A DNA stretch of 55,173 nucleotides from a virus (lineage: Duplodnaviria > Caudoviricetes), in the IMG/VR virus record IMGVR_UViG_3300048837_000354, positions 1-55,173 of that record. The stretch is one strand, 5' to 3'. Made by a program: the position numbers and the translations under genes. How positions within the stretch are numbered: position 1 is the stretch's first letter; each line of letters opens with the position of its first letter. The notes beneath the pieces are model-generated. The model saw nothing but the letters and a program-made list of their open reading frames with translations, searched no databases and had not been told where the DNA came from. Below, piece after piece: positions 19,092-29,281 of this stretch.

Positions 19092-19556
19092 TCAGCCCTT
19101 GCGCGCCTCCCGCTTGTGCATGTTGTTCGTCGCGGCGTGGTAGTTGCCGGCGATACGTTCGCCGACGGACACGGTGCGCTCGCCTTCACCGCCATCGGTC
19201 GCACCGACGTTCGGATGCTCACCGTTGTTCATGGCGGCGGTGAACGCGTCGGCGGGCTTGGCGGCAGCGGCCTTCGGCGCGACGCCGAGGACCTTCTTCG
19301 CATCGTCCACCGACATCTCGGTGTTGAAGGCGAGATGGTTGGCGAGTTCTTCGCGGCCCTTCGCCTCGTCGCACGTCTGGATGCCGGCGATGCGCGTCTT
19401 CTGGTCCACCGGAGCCGCAGCGGCTTCCGGAGCAGAGGGGGCGGCAGCGACCGGCGCAGCGGCTTCGGGAGCAGCAGGCGCGTTGGCAGCAGGAGCGGCG
19501 ACGGGGGCAGCGGCGTTCTCGCCACCCGCACCGGGGGTTTCGACATTCTTGGACAT
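19092..19556 (-). CDS. Nested in-frame scaffolding protein (Nu3-like)
   Basis: Internal ATG (MSKNVETPG) preceded by GGGAG; Ala/Pro-rich; parallels lambda C/Nu3. Confidence 0.55.
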   Translation of the reverse strand: MSKNVETPGAGGENAAAPVAAPAANAPAAPEAAAPVAAAPSAPEAAAAPVDQKTRIAGIQTCDEAKGREELANHLAFNTEMSVDDAKKVLGVAPKAAAAKPADAFTAAMNNGEHPNVGATDGGEGERTVSVGERIAGNYHAATNNMHKREARKG

Positions 19557-20501
19557 GGATGAAGCTCCCTGTTGGGGACTGGTGGAAGAGCCGGAAAGCT
19601 CTTTGCGGAACGTCGCCAGCGCCTCTTGCGGAGACTGGATGGCGTCGATCAATCCGAGGGACAGCGCCTCGACTGCGTCGTAGCACAACGCTTCGGTGGC
19701 GCGGACGGCCTCGATGGAGAGACCCCGGTTGCGGGCAACCAGGGTGGTGAACTTGTCGTAGGACCGCTCGACGGACGCCTGGTAACGCTTGCGAACGTCG
19801 TCGGGCAACTTCTGGAACATATTGCCGTCGACCTTGTGCGCGCCAGCATGGATGAAGGTGATCTCGATGCCCCACTCCTTCACCATCTTCTCGATGCTGG
19901 CGTGCATCATCACGACGCCGATGCTGCCGACGCCGCCGGACTGCGTCACGACGATGCGGTCTGCCGCCGAGGAAAGCGAGTACCCGCCGGAGTAGCACAT
20001 CGAGTCGACGATGGCGATGGAGGGCTTCTTCTTGCGGCCGTTGTAGATGTCCTCGGCCAACTCGAAGTTGCCGGCGACATGGCCGCCCGGCGAGTCCACG
20101 TCGAACACGATGCCCTGCACATCCGGGTCCATGACGGCGGCCTCGTAGCAGCGCCGGATGTAGTCGTAGCCGGTGGCATAGGAGTCACACCACGAATCGC
20201 GGTGGAGCAGCGAGCCCCACATCGGGATGATCGCGAGACCGTCGGTGAAGATGAAAGGCTTGTTGCGGTCGGTGATCTGCACGCCCAGGGCGGCGCACAC
20301 CGTATCCGCGCTCGACACACCTTCCTCGCGTGCCTGTCGCGCCGACATGCCGAGAGATTCGGTCAGCGTGCGGCCGAGGGAAGCGATCAGCCCTTCGTTC
20401 TGCTGTTCGGCCAGAACGCGAAGGCGACCGACGTGATTCGGCGAAACGAGCGAAGGCTCGTCCGAGAAAGTCTGCAACAGGTGTCGTCCGTACTTGCGCA
20501 T
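19092..20501 (-). CDS. S49 prohead protease with C-terminal scaffold region
   Basis: DSPGG, CYSGGY, GSIGVV and AGAHKVDGN S49 motifs. Confidence 0.9.
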   Translation of the reverse strand: MRKYGRHLLQTFSDEPSLVSPNHVGRLRVLAEQQNEGLIASLGRTLTESLGMSARQAREEGVSSADTVCAALGVQITDRNKPFIFTDGLAIIPMWGSLLHRDSWCDSYATGYDYIRRCYEAAVMDPDVQGIVFDVDSPGGHVAGNFELAEDIYNGRKKKPSIAIVDSMCYSGGYSLSSAADRIVVTQSGGVGSIGVVMMHASIEKMVKEWGIEITFIHAGAHKVDGNMFQKLPDDVRKRYQASVERSYDKFTTLVARNRGLSIEAVRATEALCYDAVEALSLGLIDAIQSPQEALATFRKELSGSSTSPQQGASSMSKNVETPGAGGENAAAPVAAPAANAPAAPEAAAPVAAAPSAPEAAAAPVDQKTRIAGIQTCDEAKGREELANHLAFNTEMSVDDAKKVLGVAPKAAAAKPADAFTAAMNNGEHPNVGATDGGEGERTVSVGERIAGNYHAATNNMHKREARKG

Positions 20502-20504
20502 GGG

Positions 20505-22172
20505 TCAGTCCTTGGTTTTCGGGGCAGGCTTGTTGTCGTCGGCGGCGTCGCCGTCTTCGTTGCCGGCGTCGTTGGTGACAGAGCCGCCCTTGGCCGGGTC
20601 GAAGTTGAGCGTGACCCCGAGTTCATTGGCCGCTTCCTGCTCGGTCGCAAGCTGTTCAAGAAGCTCGCGCCAGTCGTGGCCCAGCTTCGCCGCTTCGTAC
20701 GCGAGCGTGGACAGGCCCGCCTTGATGCGCATGACGGCCGCCTGGGTCTCCTTGAGTTCGTCGACCTGACCGCGCGACGCGCCAATCCACGAGCAGTTGC
20801 AGATGGCGTCCTTGTTCTGGCCTTCGTACAGGTTGAAGCCTTGGGGCAGCGACTTGATCTCGCCCTTGTTGATCGCCTCTTCGAGCCAGAGGGAGTAGGC
20901 AATCGTGGCGTAGCGGTCGGCGACGATCTTCTTGCGCGACTGCATGAACTTCCACGTCTCGTTCATCGACGCCCGCGCCGACGAGTAGTTCGTCTTCGTG
21001 TAGTCCCGCGAGAACTGCTCGTAGCTCAGGCCCAGGGCCGAGGCGACGTAACGCAGCAGGCTTTGCTCGAACCCCTCGCCCACGCCGCCGATGCTGCCGG
21101 CGGGCTTGAGGTTGAGCTTGGTGCCGGGGTACAGGTGCGGAATCTTCGCGCCGTCCATCGTCAGGTTGCGCGCCTTGGACGAATACTCGGCCATCGCCAT
21201 CATCAGGCTTTGCGCGTACGTGAGTCGGGCGTCGCCCTTGGTGACGCCGACGGACTCGAACGCCATGTCCGGCGGCATGTCCGACTCGATGGTGGCCGCA
21301 TAGCTCGCGTTGACGATGGCGTTCTGCAACGTCACGTCATGGAACTTGCGGGTCATCTGCATCTCTTTGAGGACCGACACCATCGCGGCGACGCCGCGCG
21401 TCTGGTCCGGACGGTCCTGCTCGATCAGGTGGATCACCTGCAGGCGTCCCCACGGCTTGCGCACCGGCACGTACTTCCACCGGAACTGATCGACGAACGC
21501 CGTCTGGTCTTTCGGGTGGGCCATGCGGATGTGGTAGCCCTGCGGAGCGCCGTACTGGTTTCGCAGCACGCCGCGCCGCAGGCGATCAGTGTCTTCCAGG
21601 TCGTTCGGATTGCTCAGGCGATCCGGGTCGATCATCTGCAGCGCCGTGTTGAACGGGCGGCCGGAGTCACGCAGCCACTCGACGGTGGCGAGCACTTCGC
21701 CGCCGGAGAAGTAGCCGGCGATGGCGAGGCGGACCTGCATCGTCAGACTGTTCATGCGCGCGGCGTCGAGCCAGTTGTCTTGCGACTCGGCGTAGAGGGT
21801 GAACTTGGCTTCGACTTCGCGGGCGAACTCTTCGGCCCACTTCTTCGTCTGCCCCAGTAGCAGGTACTTCGGCTCTGCGTTGAGGCGGTAGTAGCCGCCG
21901 ACGATGGAGTCCTTGTGGATCGCCGACGCGCCCATCATCAGTCCGGAGTTTCGGACCAGGTCGCGACCGCGTGCGTCGAGAATCATCTTGTCGCGGTTGA
22001 TCTCGGCGTCCGGCGGCTTCATCACCGGGCTCCACGTCGCCAGTTCGCGGCTGACGCGGTCCGCACCTTCGTAGGCTCCGCCCATCGCGTGTTCCAAAGG
22101 ACCAGATGCGTCGACGCCCGGCGATCCTGCCGGGCGTTCGTTGGTGGCGTCAGTGACAGTGCGTTCGGTCAT
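20505..22172 (-). CDS. Portal protein (lambda family)
   Basis: ARGRDLVRN, RPDQTRGV and NYSSARAS motifs. Confidence 0.92.
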   Translation of the reverse strand: MTERTVTDATNERPAGSPGVDASGPLEHAMGGAYEGADRVSRELATWSPVMKPPDAEINRDKMILDARGRDLVRNSGLMMGASAIHKDSIVGGYYRLNAEPKYLLLGQTKKWAEEFAREVEAKFTLYAESQDNWLDAARMNSLTMQVRLAIAGYFSGGEVLATVEWLRDSGRPFNTALQMIDPDRLSNPNDLEDTDRLRRGVLRNQYGAPQGYHIRMAHPKDQTAFVDQFRWKYVPVRKPWGRLQVIHLIEQDRPDQTRGVAAMVSVLKEMQMTRKFHDVTLQNAIVNASYAATIESDMPPDMAFESVGVTKGDARLTYAQSLMMAMAEYSSKARNLTMDGAKIPHLYPGTKLNLKPAGSIGGVGEGFEQSLLRYVASALGLSYEQFSRDYTKTNYSSARASMNETWKFMQSRKKIVADRYATIAYSLWLEEAINKGEIKSLPQGFNLYEGQNKDAICNCSWIGASRGQVDELKETQAAVMRIKAGLSTLAYEAAKLGHDWRELLEQLATEQEAANELGVTLNFDPAKGGSVTNDAGNEDGDAADDNKPAPKTKD

Positions 22173-22390
22173 CAGAAGATCACTCCACCGGGTCGTGCGA
22201 CGCACGTGATCCCGAGTTCGTAACGGAGCCAGAGGATGTACTTGTTGAGCCGGTCGGCGTTGGCGGCGGTGAACTCGACACGCTCACCATTCTGATCGAC
22301 GGTGACGCGGACTGAGCCGCCGATCATCAGGCTGTTGTACGCCTCTTCGGCCGATGCCAACCACGCCTGCATCTGTGCTTCCGTCGCCAT
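22172..22390 (-). CDS. Head-tail joining protein gpW
   Basis: 72 aa, AYNSLMIG...NGERVEFT, between TerL and portal. Confidence 0.85.
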   Translation of the reverse strand: MATEAQMQAWLASAEEAYNSLMIGGSVRVTVDQNGERVEFTAANADRLNKYILWLRYELGITCVARPGGVIF

Positions 22391-22394
22391 GTGG

Positions 22395-24527
22395 TCAGCC
22401 TAGCAGTTCGCCCAATTGAGCCAAACCATAGTTGCTTTCCTCTTTTTCTGCAATCGGGGTGGTTTTGGCCGGCTTTTCCCGCTCTACCATCGGGTTGTCG
22501 TCCCACTCGGCCAGCCAAGACGGCGGCGCAGTCCAATCGACGTTTTCCACGTGGCGGATAACGCAAGCGCCGATGTGGTAGTACAACAAGTCCCACGATT
22601 CGTTGCGGCGCTTGAGTGGGTTCTCCCACCCTTTCTGCGTGCGAACCTCGGCGGTAAGTTCGTCGAAGAACCGCTCCTGATCGCTGCCCTTCTCGCCCAG
22701 CCAGTTCGGAAAGATGATGCGGCAGTCTCCGCTCTCGTTCCGGTCCAACATGCCGTTGAGCGTGTCCTTGAGGATGTTGGAGTTGAGGAAGAGCACAGGC
22801 ACTTCGCCGCGCGCCTGGGCGAAGCGGTCCTTGCGACCGGAATCCGGGTAGTCGATGTGTGCTCGCGGTGCGTTCGGCTTGGGGTCACCCTTGACCAGGA
22901 GGAAGCGGTGCTCGTTGCCGTCCTTCTTGAGTCGGCGGTAGAAGTCGTACGCGTTCGTCGTGGTGCCGGACTTACCGCCGGAGTCGCAGAACGTCATGTT
23001 GATCGCCATCGTGCCCGACAGGTCCGACAGCGGGTAGGTCTTGTCCATGACTTCGGTCTTGATCAAGTCCCAATCCTCGGGGAAGTCCGACGGCTTCACA
23101 TACTTGCGCTCGCCGTCTTCATCGCGACGCTCGGACTTGAGAATCGTGAAGCGGTCGATCACGTAAATCTTGTACGGCTGGCCTTCGGCGATGCCATGTA
23201 CCTGCACGACAAACGCGTTCTTCTGCACGTCGACCTCGGCGAACAGCGCCCGCACTTCCGGTGGGATGTGACGCGGCGGCAGTTCGACCGCCTGGTCTTT
23301 CAGGTCCTCGGGCAGACGCGACGACTCCAACGACTTCGGCAAGTAGGGCTCGCCTTGGTCCGTGGTGATCGTCGCCTTCAACGCTTCCTCGGCTCCGGTG
23401 CGCGTGTACTCTTCGAGCGCGTTCAAGTATTTCATCACGAGCGTCTGCCACGTGATAAACGCAGCGGCCACACCCTTGAGCCAGAACGACGCCATTTCGG
23501 ACACGACGGCCTTGCCGCCGCGCTCACCATTGACGTTGATCGTCTCGCCTTCGCGCAGCCACACGCCCGCACGGTTCATCTCGAACCGCGACTCGGGCTT
23601 GATCACGCAGCCGTTCTTCGGGCAGACCATGATTACGGTCTTGGCACTTTCCAGTGCGTCGCCCTTGTCCTCGTAGATCAGGTCAGAAAAGTTGCCCTCG
23701 AAGAACTCGCGGCAGTGCGGGCACGGCCAATACCAGCGACGGCGGTCGCCACGGTTGTAAAGCGCGAGGATGCCTTCGCACGGCGGAGCCTGGTGCGGCG
23801 TGGACCGCTGCCACTTCGCGTCGGTGATCTCCTTGCCGGGCGAAGACTCCGCCATCGTCATGCCGAAACTCTTGAACGACGTGGTGCGCTTCTGCGCCAG
23901 ATCGAACGGTGAGCCTTCGCCGTCCACGTCCATCGGCATGCGGTCGTAGTCAGTGAGGCCGGTGCGCGGGATCGGCTTGCCGGACATCTCGTTGATCGAC
24001 GGCCACGACATCGAGAAGATCATGCCGCTGCGGTAGTTCTTGTCGTAGGTGTTGTCGTTGTGTCTGCCGGGGATCAATTGCTCGCCGACGGGCTTGGAGT
24101 GACGGTGCATACGGTCGACGCGGCGCTTGGAGAAGTCGCGTGACGACGCCTGCGACGGCGAATAGAGGATCGTGTCGGCCGGGTCGCAGATCACGGTGTA
24201 GCAGAGGGTGTTGAGCACCAGCGACTCGGTCTTGGCGCTCTGCGCAGGACCGACGAACACCAGGCCGTTGTGGTAGCGACTGGTGAACATGTCCTGCGGC
24301 TCCACCATGTACGGGGTGGTCTCGTTCTTCCACGGGCCGATGTAAGCAGGCGGGTTGTTGAGCCAGCGGTACTTCGCCGCCGCTTCCGACACCGACAGTC
24401 GCTCCGGTGGCAGGAAGATCGCTGCGCCGTCTACCAGGATGTCGCCCAGCGTGCGGAAGCCAGCCGACGGTTTTTCACTCCCACTCTGCATCTTCATCCT
24501 CCGCCTTGATGGCCCCGGCGTCGACAC
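22395..24527 (-). CDS. terL: Terminase large subunit (lambda GpA family)
   Basis: AQSAKTE Walker-like motif, SSPG, GDRRRWYWPCPHC, DVQK, DSGG, RNESWD; start position uncertain. Confidence 0.92.
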   Translation of the reverse strand: MSTPGPSRRRMKMQSGSEKPSAGFRTLGDILVDGAAIFLPPERLSVSEAAAKYRWLNNPPAYIGPWKNETTPYMVEPQDMFTSRYHNGLVFVGPAQSAKTESLVLNTLCYTVICDPADTILYSPSQASSRDFSKRRVDRMHRHSKPVGEQLIPGRHNDNTYDKNYRSGMIFSMSWPSINEMSGKPIPRTGLTDYDRMPMDVDGEGSPFDLAQKRTTSFKSFGMTMAESSPGKEITDAKWQRSTPHQAPPCEGILALYNRGDRRRWYWPCPHCREFFEGNFSDLIYEDKGDALESAKTVIMVCPKNGCVIKPESRFEMNRAGVWLREGETINVNGERGGKAVVSEMASFWLKGVAAAFITWQTLVMKYLNALEEYTRTGAEEALKATITTDQGEPYLPKSLESSRLPEDLKDQAVELPPRHIPPEVRALFAEVDVQKNAFVVQVHGIAEGQPYKIYVIDRFTILKSERRDEDGERKYVKPSDFPEDWDLIKTEVMDKTYPLSDLSGTMAINMTFCDSGGKSGTTTNAYDFYRRLKKDGNEHRFLLVKGDPKPNAPRAHIDYPDSGRKDRFAQARGEVPVLFLNSNILKDTLNGMLDRNESGDCRIIFPNWLGEKGSDQERFFDELTAEVRTQKGWENPLKRRNESWDLLYYHIGACVIRHVENVDWTAPPSWLAEWDDNPMVEREKPAKTTPIAEKEESNYGLAQLGELLG

Positions 24528-25092
24528 TGACCGGGTCGGAGAGTTCGCCGCTCAGCGACTTGCCGTGCTCGTCGTCGGCCGGCGTGTAGTCCTTGAACGA
24601 CTCGACCAGGGATGTGTTGAGGCTTTCCAGCAGTCCGTCGGTGAGCATCTGCAGAATCTCGCGCTGCTTATCCGACAACTCGGTCTGCTGCGAGATGTTG
24701 TCGCCGAACATCAGGATCGTCAGGCGCACGACCTTGAACGCTCCGGTGATGGCCTCGTAGACGCGTGCCGTGCGCCACAAGTCGCCTTTGTTCTCTTCGT
24801 ACTTCTGCCGAGACAACTGCGCTTTCCAGAACGCGTCCTGCAGCGCCGGGGGCAGCTTCGACGGGCTGAGCGCCTTGAGGTATTCCTCGGGATCGACCTT
24901 CATGTCGACCAGCCACGGGGCGGCGTCCTTGATCTTGTACTTGACGTATTTCCCGCTCGTGTTCGGCGTGACCTTGCCGACGAGGCGCTTGTTGACCTCC
25001 TTGTGGTCCATGCCGAATATCTGCGCCAACGTCGTGACGGTTACGCCGTTGAAGATGAAGCTCAGGTCTTGCTCAGGTGTGGCCTTGCTCAC
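24475..25092 (-). CDS. terS: Terminase small subunit
   Basis: N-terminal HTH-like LAQIFGMD; immediately upstream of TerL. Confidence 0.8.
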   Translation of the reverse strand: MSKATPEQDLSFIFNGVTVTTLAQIFGMDHKEVNKRLVGKVTPNTSGKYVKYKIKDAAPWLVDMKVDPEEYLKALSPSKLPPALQDAFWKAQLSRQKYEENKGDLWRTARVYEAITGAFKVVRLTILMFGDNISQQTELSDKQREILQMLTDGLLESLNTSLVESFKDYTPADDEHGKSLSGELSDPVSVDAGAIKAEDEDAEWE

Positions 25093-26468
25093 GGGTTTAC
25101 CTCTAGCTCGTCACGAATCTGCCGGCGCAGCGCGTTCAGCAGTGAACTTTGGACTTCGTCTTTGCCTTGCAACGACGCCATAACATCTTCGTCGATGGTA
25201 CCTTCGCAAATCAAGTGGTGAATCACAGTGGTCTTGGTCTGGCCCTTTCGGTGCAGACGCTTGTTGAACTGCTGGTAGTCTTCGAGCGACCAGGTCAGAC
25301 CGTACCACACGGCGATGCTGCCGCCGTCCTGCAGGTTGAGACCATGGCCCGCGCTCTTGGGGTGTGCGATCAACATCTGGATCAAGCCAGCGTTCCAATC
25401 CTTGATGACTTGAACGTCGTTCTTGCCGGTCATTACGACTGCGTGCGGGAAGGCTTCCTTGAGCGCGGTGATGTCGGTGATGAAGCTGTAGGCGACGAAC
25501 ACCGAGTGCCCGTTGGCCTCTTCGACGATCTCCTTCAAAGCCTCGATCTTCGCCTTGTGGAAGAAGTTGGCCTTGCGGTCTTTGTCGTAGACCACGCCGT
25601 TCGCCAACTGCAGCAGCTTGGTCGTGAGCGCCGCGCCGTTGATCGCCTTGATGTTCGCACCGTCTTCAAGCTCCAAAATAAGCGTGCGGCGGAATCGCTT
25701 GTACTGCTTCATCACATCTTCATCAAGTTGAATCTTGACGATGTTGTCGATGCGCGGCGGAAGTTCCGCGTAGTCGGCGTCGCGCAGCGTGAAGCAGATG
25801 TCCTCGATCTGGTCCTTGATCTGCTGCTCGGCCCAGTCCGTAGGCCGATAGCTGGACTCCCCGTAGTTCGTCTCGAACCAGCGGTTGCGGAAGTCCGTGA
25901 TCGTGTGGCCCAGGCGCTTGCCTCGATCAAGCAAGAACATCTGCGCCCAGAGATCGTGCAGGCCGTTGGCGGCCGGCGTGCCGGTCAGCAGGATCACATA
26001 CCTCGCACGCTTGACCATGCGTGCTGCTGCCTTGAACCGCTTAGTCGAGTCGGTCTTGAAGCTTGAAGACTCGTCGATCACGATCACGTCGTAGTCATGG
26101 TCGTCGCCCACCAGGGAGTCGAGCCAGTAGAGGTTGTCTCGGCTGATCAGGTGTATCTCGGTGGCCTCCGTCATTCGCCGCATGCGGCGCTGCGGTGTGC
26201 CGTCGATGTTGGTGAAGGTGAAATTGCGGGTGTGCTCCCACAAACGGATTTCATCGGGCCACGTACTGCGAACGACGCGCGGAGGCCCGACGATCAGGAT
26301 GCGGCCTATCTCGAAGTCGTCAGAGAGTGCGCGCAGGATCGTGAGCACGGACACGGTCTTACCGAGGCCCATGTCGATGAAAAGTGCGCACCGCTTCACT
26401 TCGGCGATGAACTCGCCGGCCGCGTGCTGGAACCGCCGCATCAGTTTCTTGGCTAAGGTCTTCGCCAC
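25089..26468 (-). CDS. SNF2-like helicase
   Basis: DMGLGKT, DESS, LTGTP, GHGLNLQ and RLHRKGQ motifs; GTG start inferred. Confidence 0.9.
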   Translation of the reverse strand: MAKTLAKKLMRRFQHAAGEFIAEVKRCALFIDMGLGKTVSVLTILRALSDDFEIGRILIVGPPRVVRSTWPDEIRLWEHTRNFTFTNIDGTPQRRMRRMTEATEIHLISRDNLYWLDSLVGDDHDYDVIVIDESSSFKTDSTKRFKAAARMVKRARYVILLTGTPAANGLHDLWAQMFLLDRGKRLGHTITDFRNRWFETNYGESSYRPTDWAEQQIKDQIEDICFTLRDADYAELPPRIDNIVKIQLDEDVMKQYKRFRRTLILELEDGANIKAINGAALTTKLLQLANGVVYDKDRKANFFHKAKIEALKEIVEEANGHSVFVAYSFITDITALKEAFPHAVVMTGKNDVQVIKDWNAGLIQMLIAHPKSAGHGLNLQDGGSIAVWYGLTWSLEDYQQFNKRLHRKGQTKTTVIHHLICEGTIDEDVMASLQGKDEVQSSLLNALRRQIRDELEVNP

Positions 26469-26469
26469 G

Positions 26470-26829
26470 TTACGCCCACTCCGCTTCTGCATTGAGTCGG
26501 TCAATTAGCGCCTTGCCGTCTTTCACGTTGTCGATCACGTACACCGCCAGCCCGGCTTCCCGCATCTCTTTGTGTTCGTCTTGCTGAGCCTTGGTCGGCT
26601 TCTCTCCTTTGCGCTTGAACTCGATAAAGAACGCAGGCACGCCCTTCTTCGCCAACACGTCGTCAGGCACGCTTCGGTGAGCCTTGCTTACGAACTTGCG
26701 CACCCAGAAGCCGTTGTCGCGAGCGTATTGCTTCACGGGCTTCTCTATCTCGGACTCCAACGGGTTGCGATTGGCTTCCTTCTCTGCGGCCTTGACGGCG
26801 CGAGCCTTTAATTCTTCGAGCGAAAGCAT
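26470..26829 (-). CDS. VRR-NUC domain nuclease
   Basis: LESEIE...VPD...FIEFKR...Q motifs. Confidence 0.85.
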   Translation of the reverse strand: MLSLEELKARAVKAAEKEANRNPLESEIEKPVKQYARDNGFWVRKFVSKAHRSVPDDVLAKKGVPAFFIEFKRKGEKPTKAQQDEHKEMREAGLAVYVIDNVKDGKALIDRLNAEAEWA

Positions 26830-26831
26830 CG

Positions 26832-28964
26832 TCAATCCTTTTTGTAGAAGTCGCTGCGGAAGCCGTGCGCCGACAGCGGGCAACCTTCGGCCCACGGGGG
26901 TACGACAGACATGCACGCTTCAAGCGCCTGGGTCGACAGAGAGTCGTCGTCGATGTCGTCTAGCGAGATGATTTCGTCGTGGACGTGCCCGATGATGTTG
27001 TAGCCGGCCTCGCGCGCCTTGAGCATGCCGTACACCAGGATATCGCGAGCAATGGCCTGCACCAGGTTCTCGATGATCTTGCCGCCGTGGGTGTCCATGC
27101 GCACCCACTTCTTCGAGGTCTGATGAACGCCCTCGTAGCTGATCTCCCACTTCTCCTGTTCGTCCCAGATCGGCTCGCCGGTCTTGTCGTCGACCGCCTG
27201 GATAAACTGGCCGTACTCGTTCTCGCGCGGGTGGCCGTGCTCGTCTATCTCCCACACCGGCCAAAGCTTCACGATCTTCTTGACCGCCGGACGGCAGTAG
27301 AACAGGTGGCGACCGGACGGAAGACGGATGCGCAGGAACGGCGGCTTGATGTCGAAGAGGAACATACCGACACGACGCGGCTCCTTGTCGCGGATGCAGT
27401 CTCGCATCGCGTTCTCAAGGTCGTACCACATCTGCTTCACTTCGGGAGAAAGGTTGCGGTAGATAGCGACCGCCTTGTGAGAAGCTTCGCGCGACAGCTT
27501 GACGCCCATGCTCTCCGCGTAGGCCCAAAGGCCCGTCTTCTTCTGGTCCGGATACTCGCCGACCAGATCGCCGCCGCCGAGACGATAGCCGCAGCCCAGC
27601 GCGGCGGGCTTGCACTCGTTGCGCTCGTCCTTGGTGATCTCGTCATATGGCTTGACCAGGTAGTGAACGCCGAACGCCTTGTACGGATCGAGCTTCTTCT
27701 CCAACACGTCAAGCCAGAACTTGCACCCGGTGATCCACGCAATCACGCACAGTTCGATAGCCGAGAGGTCGCAGACGTTCAAGACCTTGCCGGCCGGCGC
27801 GATGAACGCGGAGCGGATCGACGACACGAGCACGTCTAGCACGTTGCCGAACAGGAACTCCAACGTCTCGAAGTCCCGGTCGCGGATCAACTGCCGCACG
27901 TAGCCCAGGTGCGGCTCCACGCGCTTCACGGGGCGCGGGAGATTCTGCAACTGCACAACCCGGCCCGCCCAGCGTCCAGTGCGCCCAGCGCCGCAGAACT
28001 GCATCGTGTAGCGCAGGATGCCGTCGTCCGCGACAGCACGCAGCATGGCGTCGAACTTCTTGAGGCTGGTCTTCGTCGACGCGGTGCGCAGCGCGAGGAA
28101 GTCCTTGGCCTCCTTGGTGATCTTGTCGCCGAAGTCAGCGAGCGCCAGCTTCACGCGGTCCTTGCGCAGGCTCTCGAACGGGTAGCCGCGCGCTGCAAGC
28201 CACGGTTGTGCCTGCTGCGTTGAGTTCGGATTCTTGAGACCGGAAACCTTGATCATCTCGGCCTTGAACATCGCGGCCCACTGCTTCGCCATTGCGATAG
28301 CGCCGTGAACCAACTCAAGGTCTACCGGATAGCCTTCGTCGTTGATGTCCTGATCGAACGCCCAAAGCTCGAACACTTCACCGAAGTTCGGAAAGAACTG
28401 CCGCAGCACGCGGAACACCTTGTCTTCGGCGACCACGTCCTGTCGGCCGTAGCCGCAGAACTCGGCCCACTCCGCCGGGTGGCTATCCCAGTCGTTGAAC
28501 TCGCGCGGATTCTTCGCGGTGACGTGGTTCTTCGGTCGAGGCTTGCAGAAGAGATTGATCAGCGCCTTGCCGCGCGGGTCCTTCTGGTAGTCCTTGTGCA
28601 GGCGCAGTGCATCGCGCGTCAACTGGTCCAGGTTGCCAGGCAAAGCCAGCGAGAAGGCCATCGCCATTGTGCAGATGAAACGCGACGCCGGAAGATCAAT
28701 CTTTAGCACGTGCTTGAGAATCAGACGCTCGAACGCCGCGTTGTGCGCGACAATCTTTATGTTGGGGTCGAGCAGCCACGCGCGCAGCTTCGCCGGCATG
28801 TCCGGGCGAAGGTGCGGATACCAGACCAGCGGTTCACCGTCGTCGAGCTTGACCCAGAGCATCAACACGCGCGTCGATGGGTCGCGCGCATACACGTCGA
28901 CGCCACACATTTTCAGGTCGACCTTGGACCGCGTCTCGAAGTCGGTGTGCAGGAGTTGAGTCAC
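26832..28964 (-). CDS. DNA polymerase family A
   Basis: DFET exonuclease motif, AHNAAFER, RTGRW, QLQNLPR, DLSAIE and HVHDE. Confidence 0.93.
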   Translation of the reverse strand: MTQLLHTDFETRSKVDLKMCGVDVYARDPSTRVLMLWVKLDDGEPLVWYPHLRPDMPAKLRAWLLDPNIKIVAHNAAFERLILKHVLKIDLPASRFICTMAMAFSLALPGNLDQLTRDALRLHKDYQKDPRGKALINLFCKPRPKNHVTAKNPREFNDWDSHPAEWAEFCGYGRQDVVAEDKVFRVLRQFFPNFGEVFELWAFDQDINDEGYPVDLELVHGAIAMAKQWAAMFKAEMIKVSGLKNPNSTQQAQPWLAARGYPFESLRKDRVKLALADFGDKITKEAKDFLALRTASTKTSLKKFDAMLRAVADDGILRYTMQFCGAGRTGRWAGRVVQLQNLPRPVKRVEPHLGYVRQLIRDRDFETLEFLFGNVLDVLVSSIRSAFIAPAGKVLNVCDLSAIELCVIAWITGCKFWLDVLEKKLDPYKAFGVHYLVKPYDEITKDERNECKPAALGCGYRLGGGDLVGEYPDQKKTGLWAYAESMGVKLSREASHKAVAIYRNLSPEVKQMWYDLENAMRDCIRDKEPRRVGMFLFDIKPPFLRIRLPSGRHLFYCRPAVKKIVKLWPVWEIDEHGHPRENEYGQFIQAVDDKTGEPIWDEQEKWEISYEGVHQTSKKWVRMDTHGGKIIENLVQAIARDILVYGMLKAREAGYNIIGHVHDEIISLDDIDDDSLSTQALEACMSVVPPWAEGCPLSAHGFRSDFYKKD

Positions 28965-29281
28965 GGGCGTACGTCCATCCAGGCTTTGATCACTTCGGCG
29001 AAGAGCGGCGGGACGATGGCATTACCGTAGGCGCGCAGTCTTCCCACTCGGGAGGGAACCCCATCAGCCAGCAGACGAACTCCGAGGCCAACGCGCCGGG
29101 CTTTTCCGTCGTGGCCGAGAATCCAGCGGGAGTCATCCCACATTCCGCGAGCAATTCCGGAACCGTGACTATCTGCGTCGCCAATGTCCACTGGCCGCGC
29201 GGATGCAGCCTCTCCGCTTCTTTCACTTGTGCCGCTACGCTCGCTGCACTCACCGACGCATTGTGAGTCGGAGTCGCCCAA
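28961..29281 (-). CDS. Methyltransferase C-terminal part (motif X) in another frame
   Basis: DGVPSRVGRLRAYGNAIVP motif; stop overlaps the DNA polymerase start. Confidence 0.7.
   Translation of the reverse strand: MGDSDSQCVGECSERSGTSERSGEAASARPVDIGDADSHGSGIARGMWDDSRWILGHDGKARRVGLGVRLLADGVPSRVGRLRAYGNAIVPPLFAEVIKAWMDVRP

Noticed and set aside
19572-23912. Long plus-strand ORFs (762 aa and 498 aa) opposite portal and terminase
   Set aside because: Same antisense-shadow effect
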